Translations under genes and position numbers: made by a program
NCBI GenBank assembly: GCA_964199315.1
Contig: OZ116700.1
Coordinates: 10,912,001-10,976,000, forward strand
Source of the DNA: Orbicella franksi
Taxonomy: Eukaryota
Reading direction: 5' to 3'
DNA length: 64,000 bases
Shown here: positions 36,864 to 49,307 of the stretch, piece after piece
Layout: the number at the start of each line of letters is the position of its first letter
How positions within the stretch are numbered: position 1 is the first letter of the stretch
Notes under the pieces: generated by a model
The model's input: only the letters and a program-made list of their open reading frames with translations
Databases searched by the model: none
Told to the model about the DNA's origin: nothing

Positions 36864-39800
36864 TTAATCTTTTTCAAAAACCCAGGATATAAAGTCAATT
36901 TTCTCGTCGTCTTCATTGGAAGGCAGCCTCAGGTATCTACAGTGCTCTAATTCTTGGTAAAGCTTATCCAAAGTATCTTGTTTCATCTTTAAAGCCAGAC
37001 GGTCGAGCTCTCGCTGTTTTCGCAGAGCAACCATTCCGCTCAGGAACATGTTCACGTTAAAAACCTTCCTCAGTACTTTCATCCAATTCGGTTCACCCAT
37101 GGCTACGAGGACTTCTTCTTCTTTAGTTTCAAGACTTTTATCCAGCAGGCGTTTCCTTGGTTTGATGGATTCCTTTCGCTTAGGAATGTTCATTTGAATT
37201 TCTTCTTTGGAACACTGGCCCAGCGATGAAGACAAGGACATCGATCTTGCAGCCAGTTTTTCTCGTTTTGAAGAGGTGTTCTTAAACACGGTTGTTTCTT
37301 TGTTCGTGAGCTCACCTCGCTTACTGACAGTTTGACCAGTCTTGTATTTAACAGATATCTTTCTAGCAGCACCAAATCCACTGGGGGCCTCTATGGAACA
37401 TTCAGTGGGGACTTTTGATACATAACTACTTGAAGAATCTCTCGTAACATTTTCCTGTCTGCTTAAACGTTGATGCCGGCGCTGCGATGACGGAAACATG
37501 GGATCTGGATTTACGGCGTCTTTACCGCCGACTGGCGATAGAGCCATACCACTTGCGTTTCCTTCAGTGACTCCGCCAGCCTTATAGCCCATGCCGGAAG
37601 CTTGACATTCTTCGCTCTCTGGAACTGGTGGAAGACTTTCTAAAGCCTTCAAAGAATTCAATGAGTTTGATTTCCTAACTGGGTGCTCTGGTACAGAAAG
37701 AAGATTTCTGCGGAGAGCGTCCTCTGCCGTCGGGAAAGTCTTCTTGTTCCATGAAGTGTTTAAGTCAGCCACAAAAACATTTTCGTCACTATGAAAACAT
37801 GAAATGTCGTCTGAGGTATTTTCTGTTGAATCCCACAAACTCGACTGTCTGTGTGTCTGGGGCTGGTCTTTGTCAGAATAGCTCCTTTTTCGGGCGGTAA
37901 CCGGTTGTGGTTCCGGTAGTTTGGGTAAAATTTTGCCATTCCATGTCTGCCGTCTGACCCGAGGACCATTGCCTTTCTTGTGTGGCTCTGTAGTGAAAAA
38001 AGAATTCGAATTGTCACTGTCACCATAGTTACCTCCCAGGATGCCTTTCGTCTCGTGTGCCTCCCTCGGAAACGCTTTGTCCGTTGACGTCATATTGTCT
38101 TTAACAACAATTGGAGGATTCCATGAGGGTTTTCGATTGACAGTGACAGGTGATTGGCAGCTGTCTTTTGATGTTGAACTCAAGGGTTCTGGTGTTTTTT
38201 TACCTTCTACTGATGGTAATCTCGGTAGCCTACAAAATAATGATTATAACATTTGTTACACTATGGGAATAGATCATCATCTCTTGCTATGGGAGAGTTT
38301 TACTTTCCATCAGGAGACAAAACTTGAGACAAGTAATCTAGTGTCTAGTCATTCGACTCGTGTAATGCTGCAGAGTGACACTTGTTGTCATTGTTAAAGG
38401 AATTCAGTCGCGGCATTTTGAGTTATTTCGGCCTCGTGCAAAATTACTTTTTATTACATTTAAACCTGAAAATAGTAGTTTATTAAGAAAGGAAACCACC
38501 AAATAGATAATAATAAACCAGACGGGAACAGGGATGGTTAAGAATGGAGAAGATTAACATGGACTACAAACGAGGAACTTGAAACACTTAGGCTAACCTT
38601 TTGAAGTTGCGCAAACCGTGATGTAGCTCCCTTAAGAATGATGTGCAAGATGCTTTTAGCTTTTTTAAAAGTCTGTGAATAAACCTACCGTGCAACAATT
38701 CTAAAGATGCCACAAACTGTACAAGCTGGATTACAAAATCAGGAATATATTATTGACTGACCTTCTGGAAGGCTGAGTCCATTCCCCATCGGCGAGGAAT
38801 GTATCACCATCACTTGCGTTCACTGGACATTCCCTACACGCGAAAATGGACGTTGAACTCTGCCTTTTATCAAAACTAAAATGCAACTTCCCAAAGTCCA
38901 AGGGACAAGTTGCTCCCTGTTAAAAAGAAATACCTTTAAAGATAGTGAAATAACAAAATGTATTCATCATCATACACAGGTTCATTTCATTCATTGTAAC
39001 GGTTTGCTGTAATTTTTTCCATCGCTTCTTTTATGTCGACGAATGGTAGAACTGAATACATTTTCTCTCAAAGAATACTAGGAGAACAAGCTCATGCACT
39101 GGTTTTCAGTGGTTTTAAGTAATTTTGGTTTTCAGTTGCTTGCTATTAAACCAAACCAAATATAAGGCATTGTGGAATTAACATATAAAAAAGGAACAAG
39201 TCGGTAAACTTTGAAAACCAAAGCGCTGTTCATGACGAAGTCATATCGGATAAATAACTGTTCAAGATGAGGGTTGCCTGGTATACAGCTGATGTTTTTA
39301 AACATATATTGACCACCGCAAGAAACACTTCTAAATGAGAATGATGTGGTAAATCGTTATCCCAGAATATTATCTCAATTTAATTCAATTTTATTTATAA
39401 ACGCTTGTTATGGTCAACATGTACAAATGCTGGTTTCCATGCCAAAATTCAGTTGAGCGATTGAAACTAAAATTCAAATAATACGGGTCTGCAAACGTAA
39501 AAATTGTAAAGTAATTGGTTCCGAGTTTAGATATTTTGATGACGATATATGATGCAAACACAAGGTTTCAGTGAACTAGAGCCCACTTAAAATATAAAAC
39601 TTTAAGGTAAAAAGCTGTTAGAATTATGATTCTTAACGTTTTCGATCTGTTTGATCATCATCACTCTGATGATGATCAAACAGATCGAAAACGTTAAGAC
39701 TAATTTTAACAGCTTTTTACCTTAAAGTTTTATATTTTACTTTTGTCAGCGAAGTGTATATAGAGCCCACTTAATATCCTGACTTCCTCATGGGGGTACT

Positions 39801-41037
39801 AACTGATCATTCATTTATCTTGACGTTATCGCGCTGTTCTCTAAATTCTATATAATGACGTCAATGTGGCTTACAGCTTTAAGCATTACCTCACCATTAG
39901 CCATTAGCTCCTGATATTTCCTAGAAACGTTTTTATTGCTTTCTTTATCGTTTTACTTTTCTTTTAAATTGCGCACGACATTTTGGTGAATTAGCTTGTT
40001 TACGTCATACAATCAATCAAGCGAATTCAAGTGTACGTTAATTTGATCTAAGTCTGCGGAACATGTAAAACAAGAACGAAACACTTCTTATGGCCGGAGC
40101 GAGCAATATCTGCTATTCCTCGATAAAAAATGTCTGTAGCTTACCATCTGTCCACAACAGATGAACTAACATTGAAACGACTTATTTTAGTTATTTTTCT
40201 CCTCAACTGAAGAATACATGTTCAAAATCAGAAATTAAAAAAATACGAATTTCATTTTCGAAATATTGGTAAAAACAGAGTACCACAAGACTATATTGCT
40301 CGCTGAAAGCATTCCTTTAATGTATCTGTCCCCTTAATTGTCACATTCATGCTCAAATTTAAATGAGTTGACTCTAAGCTCAAAATTTGGAGGTCATGTT
40401 TTAGAGTTAATCTAGAACAAGTTGTAAACATACCCAGAGTTTCCAAACAACGTAACAACTAGACGTATTTTCCTCCATAGCAGAAGTGAAACTGGTTTCA
40501 ACAAACCAACTTGGTCTGCCGTAAATGTAATTATAACTTCCGTACACCACGGAGTCGCCAAATTAAATATTCTTCTTAGTCATCTAAATTTACGCCATCT
40601 TAATACAAAATAGATGTTGTTTACGTCCATTTCGATCTTCTGACGACTTACTAATCCCATGGCTTGGTCAATGTCTTTCACTTCAAGCACTTATAACGTC
40701 CCTATTTAACCCATTATCTGTTCATTATAGCTTCTTCCTCTAGTATGACTTCAAAAAGAATGTTAAATATATATAAACATTGTCTACAAACCGCTGATTG
40801 AGGACTCGGAGTCCCGGCTTTGTCAATGTGTGTCCCATTTACTTCATTTCTCCTGGCACAAGTCAAACTTCCCAATCGTTGTTCCTGCCTGATTTTCAAT
40901 AACCTCGTCTCTGAACGAAACCGCCTCAGCAATCGCTTTTCCTCGAGTTCAATTGACCCGAGTTTGTTCTTCAATACTCTGTCCTCCATTTGATTTCTGA
41001 AAACGGCAGAGGAAACGTTGCGAAGAAATTGCCCCAT
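36864..41037 (-). CDS. Uncharacterized protein (N-terminal coiled coil, long Ser-rich disordered region, C-terminal ELEHCRYLR), join(41037..40792,40206..40145,38833..38762,38229..36864), 581 aa
   Basis: Four GT-AG exons with consistent phases 0, 2, 2 summing to 1746 nt without internal stops. The 439-aa ORF is the last exon. The upstream exons are hand-inferred. Confidence 0.7.
39591..39760 (+). mobile_element. Palindromic Penelope-like element remnant with a hammerhead-type core
   Basis: Arms at 39588-39663 and 39667-39739 form a near-perfect inverted repeat. 14-bp direct repeat TAGAGCCCACTTAA at 39577-39590 and 39761-39774. CTGATGA-T-GATC-AAACA-GATC-GAAA-ACGTTA at 39666-39696. Confidence 0.65.
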
Positions 41038-41682
41038 GAGTATAACAAGTATCATTCAGCTGAGGTCTTTAAAGTATTATCTAGTATAATGTGTAAATGG
41101 GGTGAAATAAAGCCCCATAAACGAGGCTTTTACTTTTCTTATGTGTTGGTAAATCCGTAATTGACTGAAGTAATGCTGATTTCTTTCAATTGATTTCAAT
41201 AGCCTTTTGTTTATTGCTCATTACAAAGTGAATTTCAGAAGTAACGGAGCCTGAAGTAATTAGCTTCGATTTAGATCATGCTGGGTCAATATTGTCTCAA
41301 AGACTGGGAATATTATGCTAGGCGATCATTCCTATAATTGTAACTGAAAATTAAATTTTACTTATGGTTGTTCTGGTAGTATCAAGCGTTTGTTTTGGAT
41401 TTTCTTGGTGTGATGTTTCATTTGAAGAAGTTAGATGGAGTTTTGAGTCTTAAAAAAAAGCAAACCTATTTGCATTCGGAAACGAACACAGTGAAAGCTT
41501 TCTGACAGACTGCTGTTATGCCATGCTCTATTCAAAAACGCCGTTAACTTCATTCCATCAATTTGCACGTTTAGCAAAACATAATAAGGTCGAAAATATA
41601 TTTCAACTCCTCCCGCCTGTCTGCTAGAGTGAAAACTTAGAGATTACACACTAAAAACACCTAGCGATATGTGTTCTTGTAA

Positions 41683-41805
41683 GGCCCCCTCCACAATGCG
41701 CCGGAGAAACTTAAAAACACATCTTTATTTCTACGGTTAGACCTACCGTCCACACTAATCCTGAGAAACTGTCCACCGAAAATGGTGCTTTTCGAAAACG
41801 CTCTT
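41683..41805 (+). repeat. Probable Harbinger-type MITE 5' fragment
   Basis: TAA followed by GGCCCCCTCCACA..CCGGAGAAA and a repeated CCGTCCACACTA motif. No clear right TIR. Confidence 0.35.
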
Positions 41806-43052
41806 TAGTTACAGAGAGCAGCCTACAAATAGTTACTGCCACCGCGACTGGAGACGTGTGCGTAGACGTTGCTTTTAAAAGCATGTCATAAAGAAATGGG
41901 ATCATTCCAGTTTGTACCCATTGAATTCATACAGCAAAAAATTAAGAAAACGTTTTTTCACCTTTATATAGTTATATTAACACCGAAAAGCCCAATCGGG
42001 GATGAAAATGCAATTTGTGTTGTATTATTGGAAAGGACGCTTAGCTGGAATGGAGCGGGCGCCGAATGGAAATGGGCGCTCTTATTAGCAAAGGTAAGGT
42101 TTGCTGGAATACAGTGGCGCTGGAAGACAATCAAACGGGGCGCTTATTAGAGATTGGTTAAATTGTGAGGATAATGCTAAATCGACTCTTTGCAGGTTAT
42201 GTCAATGCACGTATTTTAAGTGAAGAAAATGGAACGAATATAGTTAGTGATTGTATTTTATTCAGCCTCGATACTAACTTAACAGTGTAGCACAGTGATA
42301 TGGTCTGACTGAGCTCAAGTCAATACTGACGATCTGTTAATTTACATCTATTTCTTTTTTTTAACATCTGCACATTAATATAATAATAACATAACGATGT
42401 ATACTACTTTATCGACTATGTTTCCTATGTTTATCATGATGTTTATGTTTAGTTTCGTCATGTTAGCTCATATTGACATATCCTTAGTCACAACGCTATG
42501 AATGATGGGAAGGAACACTTTAAAGTCTCGTTATTCAGTTTTGTAGGCGTTCTTCTTTCCCTTTCGTTTATCTTCCCCTCATCTTATAATTTTCTAAATG
42601 CAAGCAAATCATACTGTTCTTTCAAGGAACATCAGTTAAAAAAAGAATGTAGATTGTGTCTCGGTATACGCTTTATATGTCGGTCAACCGACAAACATGG
42701 AGAGAGGATGACCTGAATGGGCTCAGAAGAACGATCGCCGAAGACCTCTTCTGAGGTTGTCCTCGGTGATTGCCGTTAATTTGGTTCCTTTCCAGGTAAG
42801 GTCTCAAACGACTTAAGCACGAGGGCCAAAAGTTACGCGACTTCCATGTTTTTAACGAGCAACTTTCAAATACGGTGGTCTCACGTAAACATGTGCAAGA
42901 GATCAAGTTCAAAAATTCAAAAAGTCAGTTCAGAGAAAAACAGTTAAATAAGTTTTTCGGAAATAAGTCTTTAGAATATTGTCACTGGAGCTCACAATTA
43001 ATTAACTTACGTTCTCTAGATATAATCTCTATTACATTTATAATTTCTTTAA

Positions 43053-43198
43053 TTAATTCTTCGGTTCTGGAGTTTCGCTGCCCTTTTCTTGATCTCCTTT
43101 TCCATCGATTTGTTCTAAAGGGACGTAACCCTCTTGTTCTGTTTGCCGCTGGCCCTCGACGCTGTGACGAAGGCCATAGAAAATGTAAATAGACAAGC
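43053..43198 (-). CDS. CAT locus terminal coding exon (last TM and cytoplasmic tail), the only one found for the minus-strand cluster
   Basis: Acceptor ttatcttacAG at 43200-43199. Phase-1 reading (G)LSIYIFYGLRHSVEG...PEPKN* is the canonical CAT C-terminal motif. Confidence 0.88.
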
Positions 43199-44317
43199 CT
43201 GTAAGATAAAATAACAGAAGATGTTAGAAGACACTTCAAAAAAAGGGGAAAACTCGCCAATTTTAAATATTGTATTTATAAGCCAACAAGGAAACTACGT
43301 TGCAACTTAGAAATTTCCAGTCTCAATCATTTAAGTTAGTCGATCAAAAACCGTTTTAATCTTTAATCGTATCCACCATTTAAGTTCTTTTTTTATTTGT
43401 TATTTACGCCCGGTCTATGTTGTTTTTCTACCTTAATAAGTTTTAATTTTGAGGTTTCCTTCAATTGCTAAGTCGAGAAAATAACTTCGTACATCGTGAT
43501 GTGACAGCCTTTTTTAAAAGTTACCAACGACTCTAGATTGCGTTACTGTTTTGTCTATTGGTGAACTTCACCTGCTGACTAAATGACTTTACTATTAAAT
43601 GACTTCACCTGCTGACTATTAGCTAACTAAATGTAAAATGATGGGTACAAATGAAATTGTTGTTGTTGCTGCTGCTGAAAGTATGTCTTTACCATAATAA
43701 TCTACGCTATAAAACAAAGGGTGGTTAACACGCGCCCGGTATTCAGTCCGAAGTCACAGGCAAACCAGTTTAACAAATTGACGTCAGTTTTTCATGCGTA
43801 TGTCCTGTTTTGATCATGAATTTCGTCATAATATTGTCAGAGTAGCCGTGGATCGACGAGGCGATACCCGAGTGGATACGCATCGAATAAATTATAAATT
43901 CATGTGTCGGTCCGCTTTTTGCCAATGAAAATTAGCCAAAGAGCGCGCGAGAATTTTCGCAGTTATCGTAAAACAGTATTTCGCAGAGCCCCACAGATAA
44001 TGCTCGATGAGCTAATCCTCGAGAAAAATATATGACGAAGGCTATTAATGCGTCACAGTTTTTGATTAGTCGCCGAATAAACATGGTTTCAGTTGCCTGT
44101 GCAAATGACATTCACACAATCATAACAACCAGTCACCGGATTCATTAAGGCTTTTTAGATTAAGATCGCTCGTAAGTATTTGTTCGAATACAAAATACTA
44201 CTGTTAAGAAGCAATGGTTAGGATGCATCTTAACAAAGGAGGGCTTCGTAATTTCTATGTTATGCTATGTACGTATTGCGTGCCTATATTATATTGAAGC
44301 GATGAGAAAGTACACAC

Positions 44318-45923
44318 CTATCGCCATCCAAACCGCGAAACGCATCCATGTCGCCGGATTGAGTTCCATCATCAAATAAATATTTATAAACATTGAACAG
44401 AGAGGCAGGCCAGGAACGAGCGGAACTTTGAAAGGCAGCGGTGTCAGACTCTTTGGCTGCATACACAACGCAACAATGGCGGCTACGAAAATTATGACTA
44501 AAAACGTCGCTAGAATAACAGCCCACGCCTGGCCTTGATACATTGGAATAAGCCCGTTGATCAAAAACGCACTAAGACAGAAGAAATAAAAGAACAGGAA
44601 CCATATCGTGCATCTGGAAATAGTCCCGGATCGGTCGGTTGGTTCAGGTAGAGGGTCCTTCGATTGGGGACTCAAATTAGGGTCCTCTTCGTTGTATTTG
44701 ACAAGACCTATTGTTCCAGGCTGGTACCGGAGAATTAGAACAGACGTGGAGACAATGGTATATGCTTGAAGCGTCCCTATCGACATCATCTCCACAAGGG
44801 CTTGCAGTTCAAAGACCATTGCTAGAATGCCTGCCAGAATACCCGAGAAAAGTGTACCAATATATGGTACCTCGGTTCTTTTGCTCACGTACGCGAAACT
44901 CTTGAAAATCAAGCCGTCTGAAGCCATGGCGTAAAGCAAACGAGGCAACGGGAAAAGTCCGCCATTTATGGCCGCTGTCATTCCGCAAAGTGCGCCAGCC
45001 GCGATTATGTACTTTGCAAAGTTCGCTCCGCGGTGTTCGAAAGCTTTAGGTAAGGCTGCTCCATAATCCAACTTGTCATAAGGCCAGATTAAGGTAACAG
45101 CAGCTGAAACGCCAAAATATGCCAGAAAACAAACTGTGAGCGCAAATAAAATTGAAAGTGGGATCGTCCTGCTAGGGTTCTTAGCTTCCTCGCCGGCAGT
45201 CGCAATGACATCAAAACCAACAAAAGCGAAAAATGCGGTGGCGGAACCCGCTAAAACCCCGGTAGGTCCATACGGCATGAAGTCTGACCAGTATTCTGGT
45301 CTGGCCAAGGTAATTCCCATAATGATTATGAACACAATGACAACCATGTTCACACAAGTCACACCGAAAATAAACGTGGTAGATTTCTTGACACCAAACA
45401 GTTGAATGATCATCAAAATAAGAATTATCCCCACTGCCAAAAAGTCCGGGTAACCCCCGAGTCCATCAATCCGTATTGGTCCAATATTTTCAAGAGTCCA
45501 ACCTCTAACTTTATCGTGTAACATGGAGTCAAAATAAGCACTCCACGCTCGACCAATGGCGGCAGCTCCGATCATGTACTCCATAACAAGATTCCAACCA
45601 ATTATAAACGCCACTAGCTCGCCGACAGTCACATAGCTATAGATGTAGGCTGATCCAGCTTTTGGGACTCGGGCTCCAAATTCAGCGTAGCAAAGTCCGG
45701 ACAAGACTGAGGCAATACCAGCGATTAGAAATGAGATAACTGTTGCTGGGCCTGCCACATCGCGAGCGATTTCACAAGCGATCACATAGACGCCGGCGCC
45801 AAGGGTACAACCGACTCCGAGGGCTGTTAAATCGAGGAGTGAAAGACACCGGGATAATTTAGTCTCAACTAAACTCTGGATGGAGATGCATTTTCGTCGA
45901 GAGAATTGCCGAAGACAGCCCAT
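44318..45923 (-). CDS. CAT (SLC7A1-4-like) cassette C, a single large exon; with 43198..43053 gives 583 aa
   Basis: MGCLRQFSRRK...LGAGVYV...[16 protein letters not shown]...FVGFDVIAT...FPLPR...MMSIGTLQAY...WMAIG. Phase-1 GT donor at 44317. Confidence 0.92.
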
Positions 45924-46758
45924 TTCTCATAAACAATAAAATGAAGCTAACGTTCGGCAGATGACACTAGGCAACATTAACGAGCTACCGTAAATTTCTG
46001 AAGGCTTGAGGATGGTTGTAATTTTGTTCTCGGAAACCAGAGAGCCATGTTAAAAGCGGCGAATCTTGTTATTTGTCAGATCCAATCGGTAATTTCAGTG
46101 CTGACGGCCAAAAGATGCCTTTATGATTACAAGATGCTTCAGGCTCATCGGTGACCTCTTTAAATATTCCACATCTGTCGATAAGTTCCTCTAAACTATT
46201 TTCACGCACTGACAGTGACAGTTAGTTATAAGAATTTATGTCTAGATCATAACACCCTTTCAGAGCTACAGGTCATCTTGTCGCCCGCCCGCTTGGCTTG
46301 AAACAATGATTCTAGGAGAAGTTACATTTCAATAAGAGAATTCGACATCATCTTATAGTCGGCAGAAATCGCTACACTGGTTTCAACAGGTGCCGTTGCA
46401 GGTAAAAGACAACTACGCAAGGTTTTACAAGTTCTAGTGCTGTTGACAAAAATGGCTATCAACCTGCGAGAGAAATATAATGCCTTGGAAGTTCTGGTCC
46501 GAGATTTGAAAAAAAAACTAATAATAGTAACAGTAAAAAACAAAGAAAGTTTCCTTAAGAACTTTTGTTGATAAAAAATTTAAGCTAATCGTCAGTCTGG
46601 TTGCTATATTCTTTTGTGTCTGATTTTATTTCACTTGATATAATTTACAGCTCGGCTAACTAGTATTGTTTCTAGAACAGCGATACTAGACGATTAAACG
46701 ATTAATTGTAAAACGTTTGTCCCTCTCTTTTTCTTCAAAAAAGCAGCGCGTGGTTTAT

Positions 46759-47325
46759 TGCGCATGCGCAGTCGATGGACGCAGACATTTACGACGGAAT
46801 CGAAAGTTACAAATCAAACGATCAAAATTTTTATCGCAAACTTGACACATAATAGCTAGCATAGCATATTTGGTTAAAACTATCCGGAAACAAGAACGCA
46901 ATAGAGCTATATTGAAAATATTGTACCACAAGTGTAAAGTGAAACAAGCTCTGTCATATATATGAAAAATAAAGTTCAAGTTTGATGTCGTGTTGTATGA
47001 GCCGAGAGAAGGTTAGCATCTCCCTCGATAAGGACGAGAAAAGTCTTCGGACTTTCAACCTACAACACATGGTTAAGGCTTTGCCACATACTTCGTGGCA
47101 TCTAACCAATTTTTTTTGGAAACACTGTATCGTTTAGACTTCAAAAGTTTTTTTAACTTTGATGACATCTTTAGGTTGGCTTTAATACATTGCTTGGCTA
47201 ATCAAAGTCAATTACCAACAGGCGGTAGCTTGTTCTTTGTTTGAGTGAAAATTGCAAAATCAGCAAACTGATTTAAGAAAATGACGTAACTAACGGCCAT
47301 GATTCCTCGGCAACGTGCTTTTATA
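46759..47325 (-). promoter_or_regulatory. Candidate internal promoter for CAT cassette C
   Basis: Perfect NRF1-type palindrome TGCGCATGCGCA at 46759-46770, TATAAAAG on - at 47325-47318, CRE-like TTACGTCAT at 47289-47281. Motif-level evidence only. Confidence 0.4.
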
Positions 47326-48005
47326 AAGCCCTAAGGTTCTTAGCTATCAAAAAGTCACGAGTTCTTGATAAACTACCTCCACCAACGTATCTTCCATTCA
47401 ACACAAAAACAACTGGAAGTTATGGTTTGAAGTGTAACAACAAATGTTTTCAGCACTGAATCTGGACTCTGAAATAGCTTCATCGCCAACAACATATTAG
47501 CAATTTTCAACCTGTGACCATAAATTAATTTTTTTCTGCCTCCCGGAGTTCCCACCTCTAGCCTTTCCTAAGTTCTCGAGAGAAAAAAAAATGAAAAGTT
47601 TGGCTTGCTCTCGTCCAAGATGTGACTTTTATCTTAAAACTGGGAAGTTGCTACGAATAAAAACAACTACCCAAAAACAGGTGAACACCGCGTAGAAACA
47701 TAAGTAGAGAACCAGGAAAATATAATAGATAAATTGAATAAATGCTACGTTTAGGAGTAGATGTGTCAACTTCCCAAAATTAACCGTTTTAACAGACTAT
47801 CAGTGGTTGCATACATTATTAAAATTAATGTTGAAATATTATTATTGATTCTACTCTACAAAAGTGGCTATCGCTGTTGAAATTATTCAATTTTTTACTG
47901 AAAAGTAATGGAAGGCTTCGTCTTTTAGCCAACATTTCTAGCCTGGGCCAGCTATAAACAAAGCCATCGAAAACCTCTTCTACGTTTATCCACCGTAGTA
48001 CTCAC

Positions 48006-48625
48006 CTATAGCCATCCAGACAGCAAACCGAAGCCACGTCAAGTAATTTAGCTTCATGATAAGAAATATATTGACGAATATCGAGAACAATGGTATGGCT
48101 GGAACACAGGGCACTTTAAATGGAATGGGCGTCTTGTTCTGGGGCTGACGCACAAGGAGCACTACAAACGTTACCAGAAAAATCCCTAACAGACACGCCA
48201 TGAAAATGGCCCATGCTCGTCCCTTCAAGATGGCTTCACCGCCCCAGATGAGAAGGGTACTAATGAAGAAGTAGATGGCAACGTTGCAATAGATTCCTAT
48301 GGCTGCGAGCCGAGCTGTTTGAAGAGTGGGGCCATTATTTTCTGCTGTCAGTCTAGTGTGTTCCATCGCTGCCTCTCCTTCCACGTTTTCGTCGTTGCTT
48401 GAGAAGATATTTTCCTCTCCTTTTACAATGCCTATGCTGCCAGGCTGGTAACGCAGCAGCAACACGCACAGGGCCACTATTGTGTAGGCTAGCAGAGTAC
48501 CAATGGACATCATTTCTACCAACGCTTGAAGGTCGAATACAAGAGCGAGAAACGCAGCTAGGGCCCCAGAGAGGACCGTAGCGATAACTGGAATCTCTGT
48601 CTTGGGATGCACTTTGGCTAGAAAT
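48006..48625 (-). CDS. CAT locus internal exon 3 (shared by cassettes A and B)
   Basis: Acceptor at 48627-48626, phase 2 (K)FLAKVHPKTEIP...MMSIGTLLAY...WLRFAVWMAI(G), phase-1 GTGAG donor at 48005. Confidence 0.92.
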
Positions 48626-49072
48626 CTAAAGAAAGATTTGGAATGTGCATGATCAACGAGTGTAATGCTTCCATGAACAGGGACATTTATGAAAGAAAAG
48701 GTTTCTTCGCAGCGTTATGCCATTTGAATTGATTGAGACATTAAGTAGTTGGAACAGGGCAAGTTAGATACTGTATAAAGGACTTTAATTCTAGCTCACA
48801 AAATTTCGACTACTCAGTTTTTCCACGTAAAAGTAAAACATAGGAAAATGTATTTAGAAGTTAGAGCTCATCTGATTATGTTACTGAAAAGATTTTGTTC
48901 AAGATTGATTTTTTTGAACACCTAACAGCCGCCTTTATAATTATAGCGACTTACAGTGAGAGTTTTAAAATTCTACTTTGTGGAGTGAACCCCATAAGAA
49001 AAAAATCAAAATATAAATAATTTCATTTTCGGAGATTCATCAAGTGTTAAAGAACTTCTCGCTTTCGCTTAC

Positions 49073-49307
49073 TTGAAAATGAGGCCATCGCTTGCCATGG
49101 CGTACAGCATTCTGGGTAAAGGGAACAAGGCTCCAATCAAAGAGGCGCTTAATCCACAGAGGGCTCCGACAGCAATGATATATTTGGCCCACTCGGCTCC
49201 TCTCATCGCAAAGACCTCAGGAAGGGCGCTTCGTTCGGATAGCTTGTAATATGGCCACATCAAAGTCAACACAGCGGACACTCCAAAATATGCCACAAAA
49301 CAAATAC
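49073..49307 (-). CDS. CAT locus internal exon 2 (shared by cassettes A and B)
   Basis: Acceptor at 49309-49308, phase 1 (G)[19 protein letters not shown]...[17 protein letters not shown](K), phase-2 GTAAG donor at 49072. Confidence 0.92.

Noticed and set aside
47490-47567. Possible private terminal exon for CAT A/B (acceptor at 47569-47568; GKARGGNSGRQKK...)
   Set aside because: It lacks the final TM and YFxYG-x-x-S motif present in the other terminal exons. It remains the main alternative to test by RNA-seq.
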